A stretch of 59,653 nt of DNA, filler included. It is 5 parts of 5 records of this genome, joined end to end, with 100 filler letters (N's around TTAATTAATTAA, not from the genome) between each part and the next. Parts side by side here need not be neighbours in the genome. Positions count along the whole stretch, not along the records: positions 1 to 22,488 come from DRR723986_3499; 4 more parts are not named here. One strand, 5' to 3'. The first letter of the stretch is position 1, and every line of letters begins with the position of its first letter. The translations under genes were made by a program, and so were the position numbers. The notes under the pieces were generated by a model. The model did not search any database. It had not been told where the DNA came from and saw nothing but the letters and a program-made list of their open reading frames with translations. Below are positions 1 through 9,494 of this stretch, one piece after another.

Positions 1-792
1 CTGATCAGCCGGATCGTGACCGATGTTGACGGGCAGATGTCCCCCTATCTTCCTGGGTCCGAACTGTCGGTTTTCAACCGGGCGGGCCAGGCACCCCTGT
101 CCGGGGCCGTTGCAGACACGACGCGGGCCGCCTTGAATATCGCGGCGGACACAGGCGGTGCGTTCGATCCATCGGTCGGGCCCTTGGTGGCGCGCTATGG
201 GTTTGGGCCGATCCGGGGGGATGCGCGGGCGGGGTGGCAGGCTTTGACGTTGACCGGCAATCTCCTGACGCGCGAGGCCGAGGGCGTGACGCTGGACCTC
301 TGCGGCATTGCAAAGGGCCATGCGCTGGACCGGATGGCAGATGCGCTGACAGCTGCGGGTGCCAGCGATTTTGTGCTGGAACTGGGTGGCGAAGTGATTG
401 CGCGGGGGCAGCACCCCGAAGGCCGCCCGTGGCAGGTAGGGATCGAAGATGGCGCGGGCGGTTTGGCGGGGGTTGCGCAGCCGCAAGGGATGGCGGTCGC
501 TACATCGGGGCTGTGGGATCAGAGCTACCTGACCGGGGCCGGACGCTATGGCCATATCATCGACCCGATCACCGGTGCGCCCGCAGGCGAAACGCTGGCA
601 TCTGTGTCGGTCTTCCATGATCAGGCGATGATTGCTGACGGGCTGGCAACGGCGCTGTTCGTGATGGGCGCGGATCGGGCCTTGGCCCATGCGCGCGAAA
701 CCGGGCTTGCCGCGGTGCTGGTGGCACAGGGCGGTGCTGTTACCGTGACAGGCGCGGCTGAACGCTTCGTCGCGCTTGGGGGGATCGGCTGA
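1..792 (+). CDS. apbE: FAD:protein FMN transferase ApbE (5'-truncated at window edge)
   Basis: Motifs AFDPSVGPL, LDLCGIAKGHA, AVATSG, GHIIDP, ADGLATA; frame open from position 1. Confidence 0.92.
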   Translation: MISRIVTDVDGQMSPYLPGSELSVFNRAGQAPLSGAVADTTRAALNIAADTGGAFDPSVGPLVARYGFGPIRGDARAGWQALTLTGNLLTREAEGVTLDLCGIAKGHALDRMADALTAAGASDFVLELGGEVIARGQHPEGRPWQVGIEDGAGGLAGVAQPQGMAVATSGLWDQSYLTGAGRYGHIIDPITGAPAGETLASVSVFHDQAMIADGLATALFVMGADRALAHARETGLAAVLVAQGGAVTVTGAAERFVALGGIG

Positions 793-944
793 TGGGTCTT
801 TTCCTTGCGGTGCTGTTGGTGTTCTTGCTGGCCGCGCTTGGCCTTGGGATTGGTCTGTTGATGGGCGGAAAGCCGGTTCAGGGCAGTTGCGGCGGCCTGT
901 CCTGCGGGGCTTGCGAAACCTGCCCGAAACGGAGGGCGCAATGA
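792..944 (+). CDS. nqrM: Na+-NQR maturation factor NqrM (DUF539), 50 aa; absent from the ORF track
   Basis: Manual translation MGLFLAVLLVFLLAALGLGIGLLMGGKPVQGSCGGLSCGACETCPKRRAQ: one TM helix then KPxxGSCGGL and a Cys cluster; start overlaps the apbE stop (TGATG). Confidence 0.85.
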   Translation: MGLFLAVLLVFLLAALGLGIGLLMGGKPVQGSCGGLSCGACETCPKRRAQ

Positions 945-1336
945 CCCGATCTGCCACCATCGACCGCTACATGAGCCGCGATCTGGTGACCCTGTCACCG
1001 GGCATGGAAGTGACCCGCGCCGTTGCCACGCTGATAGAGCACGACATTTCCGCCGCCCCGGTTGTGGATGATCTGGGCCGTCTGGTGGGTATCCTGACCG
1101 CAAAGGACTGTTTTCGCGCGGTGTTGCATGCCCATTACCATCAGGAGCTTGGCGATACGGTCGCAGGTTACATGACCGCTGCCGTGGATACGCTGGAAAC
1201 CGGAATGGGCGTCGTCACTGCCGCACAGAAATTCATGGACAGCAACCACCGGCGCTATCCGGTCATGCAAGACGGCAGGTTGGTGGGCATCATCACCCGT
1301 ATGGATTTGCTGCGCGCGTTTCAGGCGGAAAGCTAG
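941..1336 (+). CDS. CBS domain pair protein, 131 aa
   Basis: Two CBS repeats (SAAPVVDDLGRLVGILT; RRYPVMQDGRLVGIITRMD); ATG 941 overlaps the nqrM stop and follows GGAGGG. Confidence 0.88.
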   Translation: MTRSATIDRYMSRDLVTLSPGMEVTRAVATLIEHDISAAPVVDDLGRLVGILTAKDCFRAVLHAHYHQELGDTVAGYMTAAVDTLETGMGVVTAAQKFMDSNHRRYPVMQDGRLVGIITRMDLLRAFQAES

Positions 1337-2310
1337 GGCAGGCTCAACGCCTGTCGCCCGACCGGGCCCATCTGTTGGCTGATCTGGTCGGTCAGGCTTT
1401 GCGCGGCCATTGTCGCCACCTGATCTGGCAAGTCCCCCAGTTCCCCGGTTCGCGCCACCACGGTGATGGACCGTGAGAAACTGGCCGCGGGTAGCGGGCG
1501 CAGACACAGCGGCATCTGTTCGACAAACCCGTCAATCAGCAGGCTCGGCGTCAGGATAGTAAAGCCCAACCCCTGCGCTACGCAGGCGGTCACCATGCTG
1601 GACCGGTCCGCCTGAATGACCCTTGGAACCGCCAGCTTCAGCCGCCGCAGATGCTGTTCGGTGCGCCGCCCGACGCTGGTCGTCGCCGCAAATCGTACCA
1701 AGGGCAGGTGTTGCAGGATTTCCGACAGCGACCCGCTTGGCCCGCGGTAGCTTTCGGGCAAGACCAGCAGGAAGGTTTCGGTCAGAACATCGTGCCGCTC
1801 CAGCCCGTCCATGTCGTAAAACGGGTTCGAGGTGATAACCAGATCGGCCCGCTTGCTGCGCAGCAGGGCCTCGTGGTCGCCGCTCTGCCCGGCATGAAGG
1901 GTCAGGTCTTCGACACCGAACTCGGTCTTCGTCAGGTTGACCAGCGGCGGCGTCAGCGTTGTGGCGATCGAGGCCAACATACCGACGCGCAGAACGCTGA
2001 TCGGACGGGGCCCTTCGTGGCGCATGGAGGTCGCGAGATCTTCGATACTGTTCAGAATGCGCTGTGCGTGACGCAGGCACAGATCACCGGCCTGGGTCAG
2101 CCTGAGCGGCCTGACCGAGCGATCCACGAGGCGGGCGTCACAGGCCTCTTCCAGAGAGGCAAGCTGTTGCGAGGCCGCCGATTGAGTGATGCCAAGCAGT
2201 TTCGCCGCCAGGGTCACCTGCCGGGTTTCCGCGATGGCCACGAACACCTCCAACGCCGTGACAAGGTTCTTGTCGGACAGCAACCGCGAGGACAGTTTTG
2301 CCTGCATCAT
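1333..2310 (-). CDS. LysR family transcriptional regulator
   Basis: N-terminal LysR HTH (AAKLLGITQSAASQQLASLE...LRLTQAG); divergent from the MttB gene. Confidence 0.93.
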   Translation of the reverse strand: MMQAKLSSRLLSDKNLVTALEVFVAIAETRQVTLAAKLLGITQSAASQQLASLEEACDARLVDRSVRPLRLTQAGDLCLRHAQRILNSIEDLATSMRHEGPRPISVLRVGMLASIATTLTPPLVNLTKTEFGVEDLTLHAGQSGDHEALLRSKRADLVITSNPFYDMDGLERHDVLTETFLLVLPESYRGPSGSLSEILQHLPLVRFAATTSVGRRTEQHLRRLKLAVPRVIQADRSSMVTACVAQGLGFTILTPSLLIDGFVEQMPLCLRPLPAASFSRSITVVARTGELGDLPDQVATMAAQSLTDQISQQMGPVGRQALSLP

Positions 2311-2324
2311 AAGAGTTCCTAATG
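2308..2324. promoter_or_regulatory. Candidate LysR-type operator (T-N11-A dyad)
   Basis: CATAAG-agttc-CTAATG imperfect dyad overlapping the LysR start codon in the divergent promoter region. Confidence 0.45.
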
Positions 2325-2394
2325 CTGCGTGGTTTTGTTTGCCGCAAGGCGCGATGATCGGTCAAGTTCCATTAAGTAGAAACAGGGGTTTGAC

Positions 2395-3906
2395 ATGGCA
2401 CGGCGCGGCAAGAAAAGGGGGGCTGATCAAAGCACCATTCGCACGCCTTATATTGATCGCAAGATCGGCCCCCTGCCGGTTCTGTCGCAAGAGGGGCTGG
2501 ACCTGATCGAAGCCAATGCCGACCGCATTCTGGCCGAAACGGGTATGGAGTTTCACGACGATCCCGAGATCCTGACGATCTTTGCCGAGGCCGGTTGCGA
2601 TGTGGATGGCACCCGTGTGCGGTTTAACCCCGGTTTCTGCCGCCGGATCATCACTGCCACGGCCCCAGCCGAATACACCCAACACGCCCGCAATCCTGCG
2701 AATTCGGTCCATGTTGGTGGCACGTCCAGCGTGCTGTGCCCATCCTGGGGGCCGCCCTTCGTGCAGGATATGGACAGGGGGCGGCGCTATGCGTCCTACG
2801 AGGATTTCACCGATCTGGTGAAACTGCACCACACTATCCCATGGTTGCACCATTCCGGCGGCGTGGTCTGCGAACCGGTGGACCTGCCCGCCAACAAGCG
2901 CCATCTCGACATGCTGTACGCCCATATCCGCTGGTCCGATCGGCCCTTTATGGGGGCCTTTATCGGGGCGGAACGGGCGGGGCACGCCATCGACATGGCG
3001 CGCATACTGTTCGGGGCGGACTACGTGGCGAATAACCCCGTGCTTTATTGCGTGTCGAACACAAATGCACCGCTGGTGATGGATGCGCATATGTCGGGCG
3101 CGCTGAAAACCTATGCCCGCGCGGGCCAGCCCGTGGCCTGCACACCCTGGACCCTGACAGGCGCGATGAGCCCCACGACCGTTGCCGGAACGCTGGCGCA
3201 GGTTCTGGCAGAGGCGATGGCCTGCCTGGCTCTGGTGCAATTGGTCAATCCCGGCGCGCCTTGCCTGATGGGCTCTTTCGCCTCGACCATGTCGATGCAG
3301 ACGGGCGCGCCCACCTTCGGCACGCCAGAGGCCGGGCAGATGGTATTGGCAGCGGGACAATTGGCGCGGCGGCTTGGGGTGCCGTTTCACACCGTGGGCA
3401 CGCTTTCCGCGTCGAAACTGCCGGACGGGCAAAGCCAGCAGGAAGGCACCTGGGGCCTGCTCATGTCGATGTTTGCAGGCGCCAACATGATCAACCACGC
3501 CACGGGCTGGCTGGAGGGCGGTCTGGTCACGGGCTATGAAAAAACGATGATGGACGCGGATCTTTGCGGCAAGGTTGCCCGGTTCTTTGACGGCATCGAT
3601 CTGTCCGAGAATGCGCAGGCGATGGAGGCGATTGCCGAAACCGGGCCGGGTAAGCACTTTCTGGGGTCCGATCACACGCAGGCAAATTTCCTTGGTGCGC
3701 TGTTCCGGCCTGACCTGCCTGACAACAATTCCTACGAACACTGGTCTGGCGCGGGCGGTTTAGACATGGGCCAGCGGGCCAACGCGCTGTGGAAACAGCG
3801 GCTGGCAGACTACGATGATCCGGGTCTGGACCCGGCGATTGACGCGGAACTGAAAGACTACATCGCCCGCCGCAAATCCGAGACCGAAGACAAGGCTTAT
3901 TTCTGA
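2395..3906 (+). CDS. Trimethylamine methyltransferase (MttB) family protein, pyrrolysine-free, MtgB-like
   Basis: 503 aa; HARNP, CEPVDLP, PTFGTPE, SASKLPDGQ, HATGWLEGG, GPGKHFLG motifs; no in-frame amber codon. Confidence 0.92.
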   Translation: MARRGKKRGADQSTIRTPYIDRKIGPLPVLSQEGLDLIEANADRILAETGMEFHDDPEILTIFAEAGCDVDGTRVRFNPGFCRRIITATAPAEYTQHARNPANSVHVGGTSSVLCPSWGPPFVQDMDRGRRYASYEDFTDLVKLHHTIPWLHHSGGVVCEPVDLPANKRHLDMLYAHIRWSDRPFMGAFIGAERAGHAIDMARILFGADYVANNPVLYCVSNTNAPLVMDAHMSGALKTYARAGQPVACTPWTLTGAMSPTTVAGTLAQVLAEAMACLALVQLVNPGAPCLMGSFASTMSMQTGAPTFGTPEAGQMVLAAGQLARRLGVPFHTVGTLSASKLPDGQSQQEGTWGLLMSMFAGANMINHATGWLEGGLVTGYEKTMMDADLCGKVARFFDGIDLSENAQAMEAIAETGPGKHFLGSDHTQANFLGALFRPDLPDNNSYEHWSGAGGLDMGQRANALWKQRLADYDDPGLDPAIDAELKDYIARRKSETEDKAYF

Positions 3907-4643
3907 TGCGCATCCTCGTCCGCCGCCTGGCACAGCAGATCGTAAAACGGCCTGTGATGGGCGTCGTACCCGGTATAGGGCGCGCCAAGCGCCGCCAGTT
4001 CGGCCCGATAATCCCGATCTTCGGCCGGCTTGATGCCGGTAGAGGACAGCACCTCCGCATGCCAGGCCTCGACCGATTTCCAGCCTTCGGGCACGTCGGT
4101 GTTCCAGCTCAGCGCCTCGGGGCAATCCTTCAGCCCCACGGCTTGCCAATAGCGCGCCATCTGCCCCGCCGGATCCGCGCGCAGCGCTGCCGAGCGGATC
4201 ACCACAGGTTTCAACCCCGACGCGCGCACCTGTTCGTAAAGCCGCCACAACCCCTCTATCCCCACCTCTTCACAGGCAAACCCGGGGTCTTTGCGATGAT
4301 AGGACAAGATGCTTTCCGCAGGGTCGCGCACCAGTATCGCATGGCTCATCGCCCCCATGAATTCGGGGTCAGCAGGCAGTTTATCCTGCACATAGTAAGC
4401 CATGTCCTTGAAGAAAACGGGGCCAGCTTCGCCAAGGCGAAGGATCATGTCGCGGACGCCGGTGTAGTCGGTCGGGTGCCCCGGTTCCGGCTCGAAGTTC
4501 TCGAACGGTTTGTTCCCCGCACCGATGTAGTAGTCATACATGAAGGGTTCATGCAGGACGGTCAGGTCGCCCCTTTGCCGCATGATGCGTTCAAAGGCGG
4601 TGGATACGGAACGGGGGTGGCACCAGAGCGCGTGAATGGTCAT
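3897..4643 (-). CDS. Sulfotransferase-like P-loop protein
   Basis: ALWCHPRSVSTAFER, LHEPF, FFKDMA, LVRDP motifs; start placed at ATG 4643. Confidence 0.75.
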   Translation of the reverse strand: MTIHALWCHPRSVSTAFERIMRQRGDLTVLHEPFMYDYYIGAGNKPFENFEPEPGHPTDYTGVRDMILRLGEAGPVFFKDMAYYVQDKLPADPEFMGAMSHAILVRDPAESILSYHRKDPGFACEEVGIEGLWRLYEQVRASGLKPVVIRSAALRADPAGQMARYWQAVGLKDCPEALSWNTDVPEGWKSVEAWHAEVLSSTGIKPAEDRDYRAELAALGAPYTGYDAHHRPFYDLLCQAADEDAHQK

Positions 4644-4702
4644 GCCGCTGACGCTGCGCCTGTTCATCCGCCCTGTCAATTCCCGTCGATAGGGGGCCGC
4701 AC

Positions 4703-7084
4703 ATGAGCCGTACCATCATCATTGGCGGCGGGGCCATTGGCCTGTCACTGGCCTATCATCTTGCGCAGCGCGGCGCGCGGGACGTGGTGTTGCTGGAGCG
4801 CAATCAGCTGACCTCCGGCACCAGTTGGCACGCGGCGGGGATCGTGGGCCCCCTGCGCGCAACGCCCAACATGACGCGGCTGGCGATGTATGCGGGAGAG
4901 TTGTTTCCGAGGCTGGAAGCCGAAACGGGGCTTTCCACAGGCTACCGCAAGACGGGCGGCTACTGGCTGGCCCGCGTGCCGGAACGGATGGATGAACTGC
5001 ACCGGATCGCGGCGCTTGGCCAGCATTTCGGGTTGTCGCCCCGGATGGTGGGGGCAAGTGATCTGGCCCGCGATGTGCCAAGCGTGGACCCCAAAGGGCT
5101 GGTTGGCGTCATGGAGGTGGCAGAGGATGCCAGCGTCAATCCGGTCGATCTGTGCATGGCCTATGCGCGTGCCGCCAAGGCCGCGGGCGTCGAGATCCGG
5201 GAAAACACCGATGTGGCGCGGCTGCTGACCGAGAACACCCGCGTGACAGGCGTGCAATTGGCGGACGGAACCGAGATGCACGCCGATCATGTCGCGCTTT
5301 GCGCGGGCGCTTGGTCCAAACGGCTGGCGGCGACGGCGGGGCTGGAACTGCCCCTGCAACCGGTCGAGCACATGTATGTGGTGACCGAACCGCGCCCGGA
5401 ATTCGCGGGTTTTCCGGTTTTGCGCGATCTCGACCGGGGGATCTACATCAAGGGTGACACCGGCAAGCTGGTCATCGGCGGGTTTGAACCCAATGCCAAA
5501 TGCTGGGATCCCCACGGTCCGGAAGGAAGCCGCCCGTTTCTGGAGATGGCTGAGGACTGGGATCAGTTCACACCCTTTATGGAGGCGGCGCTTGCGCTGA
5601 TCCCGGCATTGGAAACCACCGGCATCCAGCATTTCATGAACGGCCCGGAAAGCTTTACCGCCGATACCCGACCGCTGGTTGGCCAAGCGCCCGGCATGGA
5701 TGGGCTGTTCGTGGCGGCGGGAATGAACTCCGTCGGCATCATGTCATCTGCCGGGGTGGGTCGGGTGCTGGCCGACTGGATCACGGATGGCGCGCCGCCC
5801 ATGAACCTGTGGGAAGTGGATATCGCCCGCTGCGATCCTCTGGCTGCCAGCGCCACACACATAGCTGCGCGGATGGAGGAAGCGGTGTCAGACCTCTTCG
5901 CGCTGCACTGGCCGTTCAAGCAGCCCAAGGCGGGCCGGGGCCTGCGTATGTCGCCCCTGCACGACCGTTGGGGCGCACAGGGTGCCGTCTTTGGCCTGAC
6001 CGCAGGGTGGGAACGCGGGCTGTGGTATGCCGAAAGCGATGCGGAAAGGAACCTGCCCTATGCCATTGGTGCGCAGCCATGGTGGCCGATCGCACAGCGT
6101 GAAGCCGCGCGGATGGAAACGGGCAGTGTGCTGCTCGATCTCTCCCCGTTCGGCAAGTTCCACATCGAGGGGCCGGAGGCGCTGGCCTTCATGGAACAGC
6201 TCGCCTGTTCGCGGATGGACGTGGCAGAGGGCAAGGTCACCTATACCCAGCTTCTGAACGCATCAGGCGGGATTGAGGCAGATGTCACGGTGACCCGACT
6301 GGCAAATGATCGCTTCCGCATAACCTCTGGCGCAGCGACCCGCTGGCGTGACGGGGCATTTCTGCGGCGGGCCTCGCGTGGCTTCGACGTGACCATTACC
6401 GATGTGACCGAGGAAACCTGCGTGATCGGCGTCATGGGCGCGGGCGCGCGGGATCTGCTGACGGCAGTCACGGGAGATCACTGGCAGGAATTCCCCTTTG
6501 CCACGACCCGCGCCGTCCCCTTCGCCGGGCAGGAGATCGACGCCACACGGATCAGTTTCGTGGGTGAATTGGGGTGGGAACTGACAGCCGCGCCCGATGT
6601 GGCGGGGCCGCTTTTTGAGCAGCTCATCGCCGCCGGCGCGCGGCCCATGGGCCATTTCGCGGTGGATGCGTGCCGGTTGGAGAAAGGCTTCGTCCATTGG
6701 GGGCATGACGTCGGGCCGGACGTTACGCCTCTGGAGGCGGGCTTGGGGTTCTGCATCGACTGGACCAAGGACTTCACCGGCAAGGCCGCGCTTCAGGCGC
6801 AACGCGGAAACCTGTCCCGCAAGCTGGTGCTGATGCAGGTCGAGGGCGACCCGCTGGTCCTGCATGATGAACCGGTGTGGGAGGCGGGTCGCGTCGTGGG
6901 CCTGACCACCTCTGGCGGCAAGGGCGTTCGGACGGGACTGACACTGGCCTTTGCCTTGATTGACCTGACCGACACAGCCCTGCCTGAACGGCGCTTCGAG
7001 ATCGACATCGCGGGTGCGCGCTATCCTGCCAAGGTGCTGGCGCGGCCCCCCTATGACCCCAAGGGCGAAAGGATGCGCGCATGA
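4703..7084 (+). CDS. GcvT-family FAD-dependent oxidoreductase (sarcosine/dimethylglycine dehydrogenase-like)
   Basis: IIGGGAIG dinucleotide motif, SGTSWHAAG flavinylation motif, NGPESFTAD, C-terminal folate-binding GcvT domain (RISFVGELGWE, RLEKG). Confidence 0.92.
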   Translation: MSRTIIIGGGAIGLSLAYHLAQRGARDVVLLERNQLTSGTSWHAAGIVGPLRATPNMTRLAMYAGELFPRLEAETGLSTGYRKTGGYWLARVPERMDELHRIAALGQHFGLSPRMVGASDLARDVPSVDPKGLVGVMEVAEDASVNPVDLCMAYARAAKAAGVEIRENTDVARLLTENTRVTGVQLADGTEMHADHVALCAGAWSKRLAATAGLELPLQPVEHMYVVTEPRPEFAGFPVLRDLDRGIYIKGDTGKLVIGGFEPNAKCWDPHGPEGSRPFLEMAEDWDQFTPFMEAALALIPALETTGIQHFMNGPESFTADTRPLVGQAPGMDGLFVAAGMNSVGIMSSAGVGRVLADWITDGAPPMNLWEVDIARCDPLAASATHIAARMEEAVSDLFALHWPFKQPKAGRGLRMSPLHDRWGAQGAVFGLTAGWERGLWYAESDAERNLPYAIGAQPWWPIAQREAARMETGSVLLDLSPFGKFHIEGPEALAFMEQLACSRMDVAEGKVTYTQLLNASGGIEADVTVTRLANDRFRITSGAATRWRDGAFLRRASRGFDVTITDVTEETCVIGVMGAGARDLLTAVTGDHWQEFPFATTRAVPFAGQEIDATRISFVGELGWELTAAPDVAGPLFEQLIAAGARPMGHFAVDACRLEKGFVHWGHDVGPDVTPLEAGLGFCIDWTKDFTGKAALQAQRGNLSRKLVLMQVEGDPLVLHDEPVWEAGRVVGLTTSGGKGVRTGLTLAFALIDLTDTALPERRFEIDIAGARYPAKVLARPPYDPKGERMRA

Positions 7085-9483
7085 CCGAGGCTCAGGTTCT
7101 TATCATCGGCGGCGGCGCCATGGGCGTGTCGCTGGCCTATCATCTGGCCAAGGCGGGCTGGTCCGACGTGGTTCTGACGGAAAAGAACGACCTGACCCAC
7201 GGGTCCACCTGGCACGCGGCAGGGCTTTGTACCCATTTCGCCCACAACGCGACGATTCAGGCGCTTCGGGCGCATTCCGTGCGGCTCTACCGCGATGTGC
7301 TGCCGGAAGAGACCGGGCAATCCTGTGGCTTTCACCGATCGGGCGCAATGCGGGTGACGCGAAACCCCGACCGCATGGATGAGTTTCGCCATGTGGCGGG
7401 ATTGTCGGCCTTCACCGGCTATCCGCTGGAGATCCTGACGCCCGCGCGGATCGAGGAATTGCACCCGTTGGCGCGGCTCGACGGTCTGATTGGCGGCATT
7501 TATGAACCTGATGACGGCCATGTCGATCCGTCGCTGGCGACCAACGCCATGGCACAGGTGGCGCAACGCCACGGCGTCACCATATTGCGACAGAACCCGG
7601 TGTTGCGGATCACTCGCGAGGGCGATGGCTGGACTGTCGAGACCCCCAAGGCCACCATCCGCGCCCGCCAGCTTGTGAATGCAGCGGGGACATGGGGGTA
7701 TGAGGTCGGGCAGATGATGGGCGTGAACGTGCCCTCGGTTCCGGTGCTGCACCAGTATCTGGTGACCGACACCGTCCCAGAGGTTGCGGCGCGCATCGCG
7801 GCGGGGTTGCCGGAACTGCCGATGATCCGCGACCCGGAGGAAAGCTGGTATCTGCGGCAGGAACGCGACGGGTTGATCCTTGGCCCCTATGAGAAAGAGG
7901 CGCAGGTCTGGTCCGTCGACGGCGTGCCGCCCGAATTCGGGGCCGAATTGATGCCGCCCGATCTGGACCGGGTGGAGCATATCATCGAGGCCGCCATGGC
8001 GCGCGTGCCCGCCGTTGGCAATGCCGGGGTCAAGACGGTGGTGAACGGGCCGATAACCTTCACGCCCGATGCCAACCCGCTGATCGGTCCGGCCCATGGC
8101 GTGCCGGGCGCGTGGCTGCTGACCGGATCGTCCATGGGGGTGATGGAGGGCGGCGGCGCGGGCTGGTTTCTGGCCCATTGGATGACCCACGGCGCACCGC
8201 CGATGGATGCGCTTGCCGTGGACAGCCGCCGCTTCGGGCCTTGGGCGGATCGTGACTTCCGGGTGGCCAAGGCAGTGGAATGCTTTGGCCTGCAATTCGG
8301 GGTCCACTACCCCTATGAGGAACGCCCGGCAGGACGCGGGCTGCGCCTGTCGCCGCTGCACGGCCGGATGGTCGCACGGGGCGCGGTCATGGGGGCGGCG
8401 CATGGGTGGGAGAGGCCGAACTGGTTCTCGGACGTGCTCGACGATCACGCGCGGGAGAGTTTCCAGCGCACCAACTGGTTTGCCCCCGTAGCGCGAGAGG
8501 TCGCCTGCGTGACCAAAGGCGTGGCGCTGGCCGATCTGTCGGTTTTCTCGAAGTTCGAAATCACGGGGCAGGGCACGGCGGAATTCCTCGACACGCTCGG
8601 CGCGAACACCCCGCCGCGTGTGGGGCGCATCGGGTTGATTCACGCGCTGACACCTGCGGGCGGTGTGCTGTCAGAGTTTACCGTGGCGCGGCTGGCTGCC
8701 GATCACGCTTACCTGACCAGTGCAGCCGCAGCGGAAGAGATCGACCACGATCTGTTGACGGCCCATGCAGCGGGCCATGAGGTGACCGTGACGAATGTGA
8801 CCGAACGGCTTGGCGTCATCGGCCTGATGGGACCGAGAGCGCGCGATGTTCTGGGGGGGCTGACGGATGCCGATCTTGGCACCGGTTTCCCGTGGCTGAG
8901 CGTGCAACATATCACCGTTGCGGGCCTGCCTGTCCGGGCGATGCGGGTGTCTTACCTAGGCGAACTGGGCTGGGAACTGCATGCCGAGGCGGGCCATCTG
9001 CCCGCGCTGTTTGACGCGTTGGAAACGGCGGGCCAGCCCCACGGGATTGGCCTGTATGGGGCCTATGCCGCCAATTCCATGCGGCTTGAGAAAGGCTATC
9101 GCGGGTGGGGCGCGGACCTGACTACCGAACGCTCGCCCCTGGAAAGCGGGCTTGCCGCGTTTACCAAAACCGAGGGCCGTGACTTTCCCGGACGCACAGC
9201 GCTGCTGGACCGCCCCAATGACTGGCAATCGGTCCTGCTGCGCGTTGAGGATGGCCCGACCGATCCCTTCTATGCCCACCCCGTCTGGCAAGGTGACCGG
9301 ATCATCGGCATCGTCACCTCGGGCGGATTTGGTCATAGGGTTGGCCACGCACTGGCCCTAGCTTTGCTGCGCGAACCCTTGTCCGGTGAAGCCCTGAGCA
9401 TCGAAATCCTTGGCCAGAGCCGTGCCGTGACAGTGCTGGACCGCCCGCCATTCGACCCCGACAACACCCGCCTGCGCGCCTGA
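7081..9483 (+). CDS. Second GcvT-family FAD-dependent oxidoreductase (dimethylglycine dehydrogenase-like)
   Basis: IIGGGAMG, GSTWHAAG, NGPITFTPD, RVSYLGELGWE, MRLEKGY; ATGA overlap with the upstream paralog. Confidence 0.92.
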   Translation: MTEAQVLIIGGGAMGVSLAYHLAKAGWSDVVLTEKNDLTHGSTWHAAGLCTHFAHNATIQALRAHSVRLYRDVLPEETGQSCGFHRSGAMRVTRNPDRMDEFRHVAGLSAFTGYPLEILTPARIEELHPLARLDGLIGGIYEPDDGHVDPSLATNAMAQVAQRHGVTILRQNPVLRITREGDGWTVETPKATIRARQLVNAAGTWGYEVGQMMGVNVPSVPVLHQYLVTDTVPEVAARIAAGLPELPMIRDPEESWYLRQERDGLILGPYEKEAQVWSVDGVPPEFGAELMPPDLDRVEHIIEAAMARVPAVGNAGVKTVVNGPITFTPDANPLIGPAHGVPGAWLLTGSSMGVMEGGGAGWFLAHWMTHGAPPMDALAVDSRRFGPWADRDFRVAKAVECFGLQFGVHYPYEERPAGRGLRLSPLHGRMVARGAVMGAAHGWERPNWFSDVLDDHARESFQRTNWFAPVAREVACVTKGVALADLSVFSKFEITGQGTAEFLDTLGANTPPRVGRIGLIHALTPAGGVLSEFTVARLAADHAYLTSAAAAEEIDHDLLTAHAAGHEVTVTNVTERLGVIGLMGPRARDVLGGLTDADLGTGFPWLSVQHITVAGLPVRAMRVSYLGELGWELHAEAGHLPALFDALETAGQPHGIGLYGAYAANSMRLEKGYRGWGADLTTERSPLESGLAAFTKTEGRDFPGRTALLDRPNDWQSVLLRVEDGPTDPFYAHPVWQGDRIIGIVTSGGFGHRVGHALALALLREPLSGEALSIEILGQSRAVTVLDRPPFDPDNTRLRA

Positions 9484-9494
9484 AAGGAGCCCTG

